The translations under genes and the position numbers were made by a program. DNA of 64,000 bases from Prevotella sp. Lineage in GTDB: Bacteria > Bacteroidota > Bacteroidia > Bacteroidales > Bacteroidaceae. Positions 26,575 through 36,155 of the stretch are shown here, piece after piece. The stretch covers positions 177 to 64,176 of the forward strand of contig JBGUQW010000110.1 in assembly GCA_045131435.1 (NCBI GenBank). The letters run 5' to 3'. The stretch's first letter is position 1. Every line of letters begins with the position of its first letter. The notes under the pieces were generated by a model, which made no database searches, was not told where the DNA came from, and was given only the letters and a program-made list of their open reading frames with translations.

Positions 26575-29500
26575 TTAGTCTATCACTTCGGGTACGACAT
26601 ATTCCACCTCAGGATGGACGGGCAGAGAGATGAAGAAGATGGTGCCGCCACCGGGATTGTCCTCCAGACGGATGCTGCCGCCATGGGCCACCACGATATT
26701 CTTCACGATATCGAGACCGATACCCTCGCTACCCACCATGGGTTCGAAGGCAGTAGCCTTGAATTCGTCCTTAATGCCAATGCTGTTATCAGCCACCTGA
26801 ATGCTGGCAAGGTCACCCTCGCCACGTCCGACATTGACGAATATCTGGCAGTCGCCGGGCGAGAAGCGGACGCTGTTTTTGAACAGGATGTTCATGGCCT
26901 CGACGATCTTCTTGCGGTCAATGCTTGCCAACAACTCATCGGCCATCGAGCGACAGGTGACCTTGGCCTTCCGTCCTGTAGGTGAGTCGGCAAAGACCTT
27001 AGTGACATCCTTCACGACATCCACCAGATTGCAGTCGGCGAGGTTCAGGGTGATGGCTGTTGGCTGTTGGGTGTTGGGTGATGGCTGTTGGCTGTCAGCT
27101 GAGGGGTGTTGACCATCGGCCTCTACCTTGAGCTTCTTGTACATCTCACTCATCCAATGCTGCTTATCGGTCTCGCGCTGTAGTTCCTGGGCACGGACAC
27201 GCTCAGCATGGCGCTTCAGGAACCAGCGGCGCCACCACCATGCTGCAGCGGCTATGAGCACCATGTAGAGCAGGATCATCCAGCGTGTGCGCCATAGTGG
27301 CGGACGGATGGTGATGTCGAGTTCGGCCTCGTCCTCACCCAGTGTGCCGTCGTCGTTCAGCATGCGGACATGCAAGGTGTAAGAGCCGGCACGCAGGGAG
27401 TTATAGGTGATGTTGGGGTTCTGCTCGGAGGTCTTCACCCAGTTTTCGTTGAAGCCCTCAAGCTGATAGACAAAGCGTGAGCGGTTGTGGATCTCGCCGC
27501 TCGAGCTGGCCAGCTGGATGGTGAACTGCTCGTCGTAGCGCAGCGTGATGTCACGGCAGTCGTCAAGGGCTTCGTCGAGAATGACACGACCCTCAATCTC
27601 CTGACCTACGGGGACGTCCTGGTCGAAGATTTGCAGACCACTAAAGAGGGGCACCTCACGGACACGGCCCTTGCCCATGTTCTTGGGGTTGATGACGTCG
27701 AGACCACCCTGACCGCCTACAAGGATGAGACCGTCAGGGGTATAGCACATGGAACGCTGGTTGTAGGGGCCGTCCTGCAAGCCGTCGCGGTTGTTGTAGC
27801 TGTGTACCACGAAACTCCACGTGCCATCGTCCTGCTTTGTCGGAACGATGTTCGAGATACCATGGTCGGTAGCCAGCCAGATGGTATGCCTGGCGTCTTC
27901 GATGATACTATTGACAGTAGAACCGAAGAATCCCGACTTCATATCGAGCAGATAGACGTGGTTGCCCTTACGGTCCCAGATGGTTGCACCCTGCGTGGAA
28001 CCCTGCCAGATGAGTTCGCGGCTGTCCTCAAGGGACGTAATGCCGCTCTCTGTAATGGGAACGTCATCCTGATTATTCGTGATATTGAAGTTCAGAATCT
28101 GGAAGGTCTTGGGATTGATGTACGAAATGTATTGCGAGTGGGAGATTTGCAGCCACCCCTTCTTGGTCTTGCCAACCACATTGATGTAGTCGCTGGGCAG
28201 ACGAGAATTGCTGATACGGAAGGTGCGCATCTTGCCGGTATTTTTGTCGATGCGCTGCACACCGGCTCCCAGCGTACCTATCCAGATATTGCCCCACATG
28301 TCTTCACACAGCGTCCAGACATTATTGGTCTGAAGACCGGTGGTATCGTTCGATGCCAGGATGTTCGTCACCTGACCGTTCTTGATGCGGATGATACCGC
28401 CTTCGAAGGTACCGAACCACACGGAGCCGTCACGGGCAACCAGTGATCCCACCATGGTGTTAGAGCGGAAACCGCTGTTCTCACGGTTGTAGACGACCTG
28501 CTCCTGGGTACGTGGATTATAGCGGATGATACCCTTGTCATTAGTGCCCAGCCACCAGTAGCCCTGACGGTCGGCACAGACGGTGTTGATGTTGCCCAGC
28601 TCCAGGTTGACGAAATTGGAGAGGCTGCCCGAATAGAGGTTGACACCACTGGTATAGGTACCTATCCACATGCGTCCCAGCTGGTCGCACATCAACATGC
28701 GCACGGTGTTGTCGGAGATGGTGGACTGGTCGAGCTTGTTGTTCAGGAACTGGCGCATCTCCTTCGTCTTGGGGTCAGCAATGAAGAGACCGCCATGATC
28801 GGTAGCTATCCAATAGCGACCTTCCTTGTCGACACGCATGTCCCAGATGGCCATCTCGCTGGGAACATCCTGATAGCCCCAGCTGCGCAGGGCCTCAGGA
28901 GCAGAGCGGATCCACTCCTTGGTGTGCAGGTTCAGAATGTAGGCATTGCCCGTAGAAATCAGCCACAGGAAACCGTCAGGGGTGAGGCATGGTCTGCAGC
29001 CCTGATTGTTCACCAACTGCTGTTCGCGCAGGTATTTGTTCTTCCATACAATGCGATCGGTCTTCTTGTCGAAACACAGCACCTCGCCATTGTTTGAGGT
29101 GACATACAGGTATTTGTCGTCATCGGTAAAGGATGACACACCGATGTCGTTATTGAACTCCTGGTCGCCATAGCCAAAGGGGTATTGCTTCAGCTTGGAC
29201 TCCTTGAGGTCAACATGCCAGAAACCATCTTCGAAGGTCTTTACCCAGTAGTTTTTCTCGCTGTCGATATAGATGCGCTCGACACCGCCCTTGACGCCAG
29301 CCTTGGTCAGTATGCGCTCAGGATGGCGGTCGGCCTGTTCCGTCCGCGGATCGAAGGTGGTATAGTTCATGCCCTGACGAAGCCACAGACAGCCATCGGC
29401 AGCCTCATAGATTTCGTCAATGTAGTTGTTACGCAGCGTCATGGTATCCTTCAGGACCGAGTAATAGGTCTTGAAGCGATAGCCGTCGTAGCGGTTCAGA

Positions 29501-29676
29501 CCATAGGGCGTGCCTATCCATACGAATCCTTTGGAGTCGCGCATAATAGATAGGATCTGTGAATTGGAGAGACCGTCGCGGGTGTCCAATCGACGAAACT
29601 TCATATCAGGAATACTGGCCTGAAGTGCCACTGGCAGCAGCATGGCCACCAAAAGCAGGGATAGTGTTCTTCGCAT
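26575..29676 (-). CDS. HTCS-like periplasmic sensor (beta-propeller repeats + Y_Y_Y + one TM). It keeps only a degenerate HATPase-like C-terminus, with no H-box, receiver or HTH.
   Basis: N-terminus FRRLDTRDGLSNSQI...GLNRYDGY and repeated propeller units. TM segment WMILLYMVLIAAAAWWW. The tail has KNSVRF, DNSIGI and GSEGIGLDIV but no HExxTPL box. Confidence 0.85.
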   Translation of the reverse strand: MRRTLSLLLVAMLLPVALQASIPDMKFRRLDTRDGLSNSQILSIMRDSKGFVWIGTPYGLNRYDGYRFKTYYSVLKDTMTLRNNYIDEIYEAADGCLWLRQGMNYTTFDPRTEQADRHPERILTKAGVKGGVERIYIDSEKNYWVKTFEDGFWHVDLKESKLKQYPFGYGDQEFNNDIGVSSFTDDDKYLYVTSNNGEVLCFDKKTDRIVWKNKYLREQQLVNNQGCRPCLTPDGFLWLISTGNAYILNLHTKEWIRSAPEALRSWGYQDVPSEMAIWDMRVDKEGRYWIATDHGGLFIADPKTKEMRQFLNNKLDQSTISDNTVRMLMCDQLGRMWIGTYTSGVNLYSGSLSNFVNLELGNINTVCADRQGYWWLGTNDKGIIRYNPRTQEQVVYNRENSGFRSNTMVGSLVARDGSVWFGTFEGGIIRIKNGQVTNILASNDTTGLQTNNVWTLCEDMWGNIWIGTLGAGVQRIDKNTGKMRTFRISNSRLPSDYINVVGKTKKGWLQISHSQYISYINPKTFQILNFNITNNQDDVPITESGITSLEDSRELIWQGSTQGATIWDRKGNHVYLLDMKSGFFGSTVNSIIEDARHTIWLATDHGISNIVPTKQDDGTWSFVVHSYNNRDGLQDGPYNQRSMCYTPDGLILVGGQGGLDVINPKNMGKGRVREVPLFSGLQIFDQDVPVGQEIEGRVILDEALDDCRDITLRYDEQFTIQLASSSGEIHNRSRFVYQLEGFNENWVKTSEQNPNITYNSLRAGSYTLHVRMLNDDGTLGEDEAELDITIRPPLWRTRWMILLYMVLIAAAAWWWRRWFLKRHAERVRAQELQRETDKQHWMSEMYKKLKVEADGQHPSADSQQPSPNTQQPTAITLNLADCNLVDVVKDVTKVFADSPTGRKAKVTCRSMADELLASIDRKKIVEAMNILFKNSVRFSPGDCQIFVNVGRGEGDLASIQVADNSIGIKDEFKATAFEPMVGSEGIGLDIVKNIVVAHGGSIRLEDNPGGGTIFFISLPVHPEVEYVVPEVID
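27048..27096 (+). repeat. GT-rich heptamer array inside the sensor gene
   Basis: gggtgat ggctgtt ggctgtt gggtgtt gggtgat ggctgtt ggctgt. The antisense reading gives QQPSPNTQQPTAIT. Confidence 0.8.
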
Positions 29677-29710
29677 CTCGTACAGTTGCTAAGTAGTTTT
29701 ATGTTTTCTG

Positions 29711-29718
29711 CAAAAGTA
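29711..29718 (-). promoter_or_regulatory. -7 box TACTTTTG (sensor 26575-29676)
   Basis: Consensus match in the 81-nt spacer between the two sensor genes. Confidence 0.5.
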
Positions 29719-29757
29719 CGACTTTTCTATTAGATGACCAAATAAAATGGAGAATAT

Positions 29758-32259
29758 TTATTTCTTGCTGCTATTTTTTTCTACATACCTGTGACGCAGT
29801 TGCCAAATGATTGCTGCCGCCAGCAGCAGCCAAAGCAGCCAAGCCCACCAGGAACGATACCAGGGCACGCCGATGGTAATGTCAAGGCGGCTCTCGTATT
29901 CGCCCATCGTACCGTCGTCCTTGAACATGCGCACACACAGTGTGTAGGAACCCGAAGGAAGACCCATGTAACTGATGTTGGGATTGATGGCTTCCGTCTT
30001 GACCCATGTGTCGTTATAGCCCTTCAGGCAGTAGATGAAGCGGGTGCCGTTCTTGATGCTGCCGTCATCAGATGCCATCTGAATGGTGAAGTGGTTCTCA
30101 GAGTGTTTCAGGGTGATCGCATCGCTGTCGAACAAGGCCTTCTTCAAGACGACATGTCCGTCATACTCATGACCCGACTCGATGAGCTTGTCGTAAATCA
30201 CCAGACCGCTGAATATGGGCTTTTCTTCCTTACTGTCACCTGCCAGCTTACGGGTATTGATGATGTCAAGACCGTCCTGACCGCCTATCAGCAGCATGCC
30301 CGCTTTGGAATAGTAGACGGCACGCTGGTTGAAGGGACCAGGCTGCAGACCGTCGCGGTCGTTGTAGCTGCGGACGGCAAAGGTCCATACACCGTCCTCT
30401 TCCTGTTGGGGAGTGATGTTCGACACGCCATGGTCGGTGACTGCCCAGATGGTGCCACGGGCATCTTCCGTCAGTGCCACGACGCTGTTGCCGTGGAATC
30501 CTGACTTCATGTCGAGCAGCGTGCTTTGTCCTGTCTTGCGATCGAACACATTGACACCCGATGCCGACCCCTGCCAGATGAGTCCCCTCTCGTCCATCAG
30601 TGCTTGCGTGGTGGACGCTGAGATGGTGTAGGAGTTGGGGTCGTGGGGCAATGGCATGTTGAGGACCTTCATGGTCTTGGGATTCACCAGCGAACAGTAT
30701 TCGGAGTTGCCTAACAGAATCCAGCCGTTGGCAGCACGGGAGATGCTGTTGGTCCAGTCGGTCTTGATCCTGGAGTTCTTCGTCGTCCAGGAGCGTTGCT
30801 TGTCAGTATTCTTGTCGATGCGTACCACACCGCCACCCAGCACACCGGCCCAGATGTTGCCCCAGTAGTCTTCTGTCACGCCCCACACGTTGTTGGTCTG
30901 GAAGGCACTGCCCGGCATGGCGGCCGTGTAGTTCTTCCATTGTCCGTTGCGATAGCGGATGAGGCCGCCTTCCCATGTGCCGAACCACAAGGAGCCGTCC
31001 TTGGCGGCATAGCTGCCGACGATGACGTCGTTCTGCGCTCCTATGTCTTGTTTGTAATAGCGTTCCTCCACCTCATAGGTCTCCGGGTTGACCTTCAATA
31101 TACCGCCGCTGTTCAGGCCCAGCCAGTAGTGGCCGTCGCGGTCTTCGGTGATGGCATTGATGTCTCCCAGCATCAGACTGCTGAAGTTCGACATGGCATC
31201 GGCACTCATGGCTACACCGTTCTTGTACGTTGCCACCCACATGCGTCCTAACTGGTCCTCATAGAGATGTTTGGCTGTGATGTCGGGAAGGGTAGTCTCG
31301 TCGCCTTTCACGTTGGTGAACTGGCGCCACTCCTTGTTCTTGAAGTCGAGCAACAGCACGCCCAAATGGTCGGTAGCCACCCACAAATAGCCTTTCTGGT
31401 CGTAGCGCACCTCCCAGACGATGATGTCGTCGGGCACGTTCTCGAAGCCCTTGGCACGCATCAGTTCTGTCAGCGACGTATACCAGCGCTTGTCCTGTGG
31501 TACATATATATAGGTACCCGTAGAATGGGTGATGACCCACGTGATACCGTCCTTGTCGTAATAGAGCCAATAGTCGTTATAGGTGTCGTTCAGACTGCGC
31601 CGAACGTAGTCTTCCCTCCACAGCACCTTGCCCTTTACGTCGTCGATGCACATCAGCTCGCCCAGGTTTGATACCAGCAGTATGCCCTCCTTCGTCCTGG
31701 CATAGCACATGATACCGAACTCCTTCGGGAACTCGTTGTCCTTGTAGCCGAAGCCCATATTGACCAGCTTCTTGGTATTAGGGTCGTAAATGTAATAGCC
31801 GTTATCCCACGACTTCACATAGAAACGCTTGGTGACAGGGTCGATGAAGAGGTGTTCGGCACCTCCCGTCATACCGTATTCAGCCAGCGACTTGGTAGGC
31901 CAACGCTCCACAGTCTCCGTGATGGGGTCGTAGACAGCATAGTTGAAGCCATGGTCCAGCCACAGACGGCCGTCGAAAGCCTCCATCACCGCGTTTACAC
32001 GGTTGGAGCGGATGGTTGTCGTATCTTGCTCGTAAGAGTAGAATGTACGGAAGCGGTAGCCGTCGTAGCGGCACAGTCCGAATGGGGTGGGGAGCCAAAC
32101 GAAACCACGGGAGTCACGCAGGATGCAGTTTACCTGGGAGTTTGATAATCCGTCACGTGTATCCAGTCGGCGGAACTTGATATCGGGAATCACTGCCATT
32201 GAAATGAGTGGCAGTAGGGCTAGTAGTAATAGTGCTTGTCGTAGTTTACTTGTCATCAT
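29758..32259 (-). CDS. HTCS-like periplasmic sensor (beta-propeller repeats + Y_Y_Y + one TM) that ends about 20 aa after the TM
   Basis: A paralog of the neighbouring sensor (FRRLDTRDGLSNSQV...GLCRYDGYRF). It ends WWAWLLWLLLAAAIIWQLRHRYVEKNSSKK. Confidence 0.85.
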   Translation of the reverse strand: MMTSKLRQALLLLALLPLISMAVIPDIKFRRLDTRDGLSNSQVNCILRDSRGFVWLPTPFGLCRYDGYRFRTFYSYEQDTTTIRSNRVNAVMEAFDGRLWLDHGFNYAVYDPITETVERWPTKSLAEYGMTGGAEHLFIDPVTKRFYVKSWDNGYYIYDPNTKKLVNMGFGYKDNEFPKEFGIMCYARTKEGILLVSNLGELMCIDDVKGKVLWREDYVRRSLNDTYNDYWLYYDKDGITWVITHSTGTYIYVPQDKRWYTSLTELMRAKGFENVPDDIIVWEVRYDQKGYLWVATDHLGVLLLDFKNKEWRQFTNVKGDETTLPDITAKHLYEDQLGRMWVATYKNGVAMSADAMSNFSSLMLGDINAITEDRDGHYWLGLNSGGILKVNPETYEVEERYYKQDIGAQNDVIVGSYAAKDGSLWFGTWEGGLIRYRNGQWKNYTAAMPGSAFQTNNVWGVTEDYWGNIWAGVLGGGVVRIDKNTDKQRSWTTKNSRIKTDWTNSISRAANGWILLGNSEYCSLVNPKTMKVLNMPLPHDPNSYTISASTTQALMDERGLIWQGSASGVNVFDRKTGQSTLLDMKSGFHGNSVVALTEDARGTIWAVTDHGVSNITPQQEEDGVWTFAVRSYNDRDGLQPGPFNQRAVYYSKAGMLLIGGQDGLDIINTRKLAGDSKEEKPIFSGLVIYDKLIESGHEYDGHVVLKKALFDSDAITLKHSENHFTIQMASDDGSIKNGTRFIYCLKGYNDTWVKTEAINPNISYMGLPSGSYTLCVRMFKDDGTMGEYESRLDITIGVPWYRSWWAWLLWLLLAAAIIWQLRHRYVEKNSSKK

Positions 32260-32279
32260 AAGAGAATATTGGTAATCAC

Positions 32280-33311
32280 CTATTTCTTTTTGTTTTTGGC
32301 CGATGTCTCGCGGATGACTAACTGCTGGGGAACGATTTCCTTATAGACCTTCGTATCGCCGGCAATGTTCTTTAACAGCAGCTGACAGGCGGTGACACCC
32401 ATCAGGTGCGACTGGTCTTCAATGGCCGACATGCGTGGTGTGACATAGGCTGCATGGGCATCGTCAGTAAAGCCGATAAGTGCCACATCCTCAGGGATGC
32501 GCAAACCACGTTCCTTGATAGCCGTAAAGGCAGCAAAGGTAATGATGTCGTTGAAGGCGAGGATGGCATCTGGCGGCGAAGGCAAGTCAAGCAGTCTCAG
32601 GGTAGCATCGAGAGCCACCTGATAGTCAATCTTGTCGCAGGCCACGATGTCCCTGTCAATGGAAATGCGGTTTTCCCGCAATGCTTCCAGATAGCCGTGT
32701 TTGCGGCGTCGCACCATGTCAAGGTGGTTGGGACCGCCGATGAATGCGATGCGTTTGCTACCGGTATCTATCAGGTGCTGTGTAGCCATCTGTGCTGCCT
32801 CGTCACCATTGGCTGTCACGGTCGAGAAGCGGTCAGTCAGGCAGGTACGTCCAAAGAATACCAATGGCACCCCCATCGTAGCTATCTCTTCATAGTGCTG
32901 GTAGTCGGTGGTATTCTGAGCCAGACAGGCGATGATGCCTTCTACGTGCAGACCGAGGAAGTTATCGATGGCACGGGCTTCGTCTTCAAAGCTCTCATGG
33001 CTGTTGGCACTGATGACGCTATAGCCGGAACGGCGTGCCTCGTCCTCAATGCCATCGAGTACGGCGGCATAATAGTGTGTTACCAGATTAGGTACGACGA
33101 CGCCAATCACCTTCGGAGCCTCCTTACGCAGACTCTGTGCAAAAGGGTTGGGACGGTAGTTCAGCTTTTTGGCCAGTTCCTTCACCCGCTCCTGCATCTC
33201 TTTTCCTATTTCCGGAGAGCTGCGTAATGCCCTGCTGACGGTTGCTATGCTAACCCCCAATTCCCGAGCTAAATCCTTCAACGAGGTTCGATGCTGCTTC
33301 TTGTTTGTCAT
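32280..33311 (-). CDS. LacI-family transcriptional regulator
   Basis: HTH SLKDLARELGVSIATVSRAL and a periplasmic-binding-fold core. The start is set at ATG 33311 because the track start overlaps the -7 box at 33333-33340. Confidence 0.9.
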   Translation of the reverse strand: MTNKKQHRTSLKDLARELGVSIATVSRALRSSPEIGKEMQERVKELAKKLNYRPNPFAQSLRKEAPKVIGVVVPNLVTHYYAAVLDGIEDEARRSGYSVISANSHESFEDEARAIDNFLGLHVEGIIACLAQNTTDYQHYEEIATMGVPLVFFGRTCLTDRFSTVTANGDEAAQMATQHLIDTGSKRIAFIGGPNHLDMVRRRKHGYLEALRENRISIDRDIVACDKIDYQVALDATLRLLDLPSPPDAILAFNDIITFAAFTAIKERGLRIPEDVALIGFTDDAHAAYVTPRMSAIEDQSHLMGVTACQLLLKNIAGDTKVYKEIVPQQLVIRETSAKNKKK

Positions 33312-33332
33312 AGTTGATAACCTTTTCGACCA

Positions 33333-33340
33333 CAAAGATA
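33333..33340 (-). promoter_or_regulatory. -7 box TATCTTTG (LacI gene)
   Basis: Consensus match, about 20 nt upstream of ATG 33311. Confidence 0.55.
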
Positions 33341-33429
33341 CGAATTTTTATCTAACTCGCAAACGTTTACGTGTTTTTTTTTAGCTTTTTTACTTGAAAA
33401 TCACGAAATAGTATGTACCTTTGCAACGT

Positions 33430-33515
33430 AAAAAACAAGAATGAGTAATGAATAGTTGATAATAAGTTAGTTAGAAAGGGGTTAGGAGTGTCGTGAGATA
33501 CTCCTAATTTTTTTT
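33430..33515 (+). ncRNA. candidate small RNA (orphan promoter plus intrinsic terminator, no credible ORF)
   Basis: TACCTTTG -7 box at 33416-33423. Hairpin TTAGGAGT-N10-ACTCCTAA at 33482-33507, followed by T8. The only ORF inside is MSNE. Confidence 0.4.
33482..33515 (+). terminator. intrinsic terminator, plus-strand orientation
   Basis: An 8-bp stem TTAGGAGT/ACTCCTAA followed by T8. Confidence 0.7.
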
Positions 33516-33567
33516 GCTTATCTTTCAGCATCGCGATGTACTGCTTCGGCTCAGCGCACACAACTTC

Positions 33568-36150
33568 TTAGAACATCATCGTGAAGCCGAAACGTACGCT
33601 GTTCTTGGTAACTCCCGGGTAGTCGTTATAGTTCATTCGGCGGACATATTCCACTTGGAAGAAACGCCAGATGCCACGGATGCCGAGTGAGATTTCCCAA
33701 TAAGGCACTCTCGGATTCATGATCCGTGAGCCTTCTGGGAAAGCCATGACGATAGGGCTGTTGGCATTTTCTGGCAGATAGGGGTTGTTCTTGTCGGAAA
33801 GTCCTCCCCACAGCATCTTGGCACCGATATACTCACGCAGTCGTGCCTTGCGGATGAGTGGTATACGGTTGAATATCTTTCCCTGCATATCCCAATTGAT
33901 GTCGACACTCCAGAAGCGGTCGTTCATGAACTCAAGGTTCTTGATGAGGTTGAAGGACTGCTTCTGACTGATGTACGACAGGTTGACGGCTGGCTGACAA
34001 AGCAGGATGAAGGGTACCTGGTTCCATTGCAGGCCGGCACGGGTGTATAGGTCGATACGTCCCCAGCTGGACAGCCAGAAACGTTTGAAGATGCTAGCCT
34101 CCGAGTAGTTGTAGTTGTAGCGTCCTCCAAGGAAGCCGTCGATACCGATGGCATGGCTGAGTTTGAAGATGGGTGCCTCGCGGTTTATCTTGACGCGTCG
34201 CAACTTCAGATTGGAGTAGAGGGCATTGGGACTGTATTCCAGTTCCGCTTTCAGCTCTGTCGTCCGCACTTGTATGGTAGGTGGCAGGTCTGTCCATTTG
34301 GGGTAGAGCGTTGAAGTGAAACTGCCTTGTTTCGTTTCCGACATTGGCGTGAAGCGCAGACTGGCAGCAGCATCGTTCCGTTCTGTCTTGATGCTGAAGA
34401 CGCTGCGCAGTCCCCACGGCTCTTCCCTTTCGTAGGCCAGGCTCTGACGGTTGTAGTACATCATCATGTCGACGGTCGTCCACTTGGCAGAGGTGAACAC
34501 GTTGTCTTTATCGTGTTCAAGGAACATGTCGGCTGGTGAACAGACGTCGTAGGTGGAAGTAAACGACAGCTGATGGCGGGGGAATTCGTCGGGCAGATAC
34601 CGTTTTCGGTTAAACGACCATGTGACATTGCCTTTATAGTAGGTATTATGGCTCTTGGCACCGCGAGCCACATAACCTTTTAGGAACAGGTGGTGTGACA
34701 GGTTACCGGTGGTCTGGGCACCGATGCGCAGCCTCAGTCCGTCGATGAAGTTCGTGCTGATCATTGAGGTTACAGGACCGATGTCAACCTTACTGCTGTC
34801 GCTGGTCTCAATGAAGTTCTCGGTGAGTATCTTCAGTCCAAAGAGGGCATACTTGTAGAAGCCCAAGCTGCGGATGCCGTCCATGAAGCCTTCCATCTTT
34901 TCTTCACTCTGTGTCATGGTGGCCGTACGGTGCTGTTGCCAGAAGCTGTTGTCCTGACTCTCGGCATATGGGTCGACGACGGTCTTGGTGTAGCCCTTGA
35001 AGAGTTTGTTCTGAATAGGGTCAAAGGAATAGTCCGACAACCTCGTCGTTCTGATGGCAACTCCCTTGTGTGCAAACTCGAACATAACCAATTCTACCAC
35101 GAGGTCATCGGTGGTCAGCACCCATTCGCCTGTGGGCAGCGGCTTGAACTCTTGGGTGAGTCGCAGTGACTCCACAAAGTTGACGCCGGTCTGGTTGGGA
35201 AGAATCATCTCACAGCGTTTCACCTGGTAGCTGGAGTCCTTCAGAATGTACAGGTCGCCGCGGAATCCGAAGTCCTGCTGGTTGTTAGGCAGGAAATGCA
35301 GGTGTATGCACGAGTCGCGGTCAATCTTGAGCGTATCCTCTATATAATATCTGTAGAAAGAGATAGCCCCCTTGCCGATAGGCGACGTGAAGGGATGCTG
35401 GAGGATGCGTATCTGGTCGTCATAGATATTGACATCGGTAAAGATATCCTTGGAACCGACATTAACGATGTCTCCCGTCTCAATCAGCTGGTTGATACCC
35501 GTTGCCTTTTTGCCAAGCACGATTTCTTTCTCGTCATGGGGATCTTTGCGGTATATCTTCTTGGTGACGGTCTCGTCGAGGGTGAGCGGCAGGATGAGTT
35601 TTCCTGTCAGGTCACATTTCTCCACCTGCCCTGTCAGCCATGGATACTTGGCAAACTGCGGGTCGGTCATCATGTCCGGTGTAATGTTGTTCAGGGCCAG
35701 CTTCAGCTTCTGATACTTGGTGTACTGATAGTAGTCACGCTGCGCCAGATCAGTTTTCCTCTTGTGTTCTATCACCTTTCGCATGAGTTCCACGGCAGGG
35801 TTGTTCTTGCGGCGATAACGGCTGCGCTTGGTTCTGACGGTGACCTCCCCCAGCATCTTGTTGTCGGGCTTCAGGGCCAGAAGCAGACGGTGCGTCCCCT
35901 TCTCAATGGTGATGGTGCGGGTCTTGTAGCCTACGGCACTGAACGACAGCTTCCATCCCACATGTTTGGGAATGGAGAAGTAGCCGCGATGGTCGCAGAC
36001 CGTATTCACTTTCTGACCTTTATATTGTACCGTGACGAATCCCAGGCTGTCTCCTGTGACGTCGTCAATAGCATATCCGGTAATCATCTCCTGTGCTGCC
36101 ACACGGAGCGGAAAGAGTGTTAATAGAAAGAATACTATATAATGTTTCAT
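33568..36150 (-). CDS. CarboxypepD_reg-like plus DUF5686-type outer-membrane protein
   Basis: Signal peptide, an N-terminal ITGYAIDDVTGDSLGFVTVQYKG carboxypeptidase-regulatory-like domain, and a large beta-rich remainder ending in F. Confidence 0.7.
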   Translation of the reverse strand: MKHYIVFFLLTLFPLRVAAQEMITGYAIDDVTGDSLGFVTVQYKGQKVNTVCDHRGYFSIPKHVGWKLSFSAVGYKTRTITIEKGTHRLLLALKPDNKMLGEVTVRTKRSRYRRKNNPAVELMRKVIEHKRKTDLAQRDYYQYTKYQKLKLALNNITPDMMTDPQFAKYPWLTGQVEKCDLTGKLILPLTLDETVTKKIYRKDPHDEKEIVLGKKATGINQLIETGDIVNVGSKDIFTDVNIYDDQIRILQHPFTSPIGKGAISFYRYYIEDTLKIDRDSCIHLHFLPNNQQDFGFRGDLYILKDSSYQVKRCEMILPNQTGVNFVESLRLTQEFKPLPTGEWVLTTDDLVVELVMFEFAHKGVAIRTTRLSDYSFDPIQNKLFKGYTKTVVDPYAESQDNSFWQQHRTATMTQSEEKMEGFMDGIRSLGFYKYALFGLKILTENFIETSDSSKVDIGPVTSMISTNFIDGLRLRIGAQTTGNLSHHLFLKGYVARGAKSHNTYYKGNVTWSFNRKRYLPDEFPRHQLSFTSTYDVCSPADMFLEHDKDNVFTSAKWTTVDMMMYYNRQSLAYEREEPWGLRSVFSIKTERNDAAASLRFTPMSETKQGSFTSTLYPKWTDLPPTIQVRTTELKAELEYSPNALYSNLKLRRVKINREAPIFKLSHAIGIDGFLGGRYNYNYSEASIFKRFWLSSWGRIDLYTRAGLQWNQVPFILLCQPAVNLSYISQKQSFNLIKNLEFMNDRFWSVDINWDMQGKIFNRIPLIRKARLREYIGAKMLWGGLSDKNNPYLPENANSPIVMAFPEGSRIMNPRVPYWEISLGIRGIWRFFQVEYVRRMNYNDYPGVTKNSVRFGFTMMF

Positions 36151-36155
36151 TGTCC

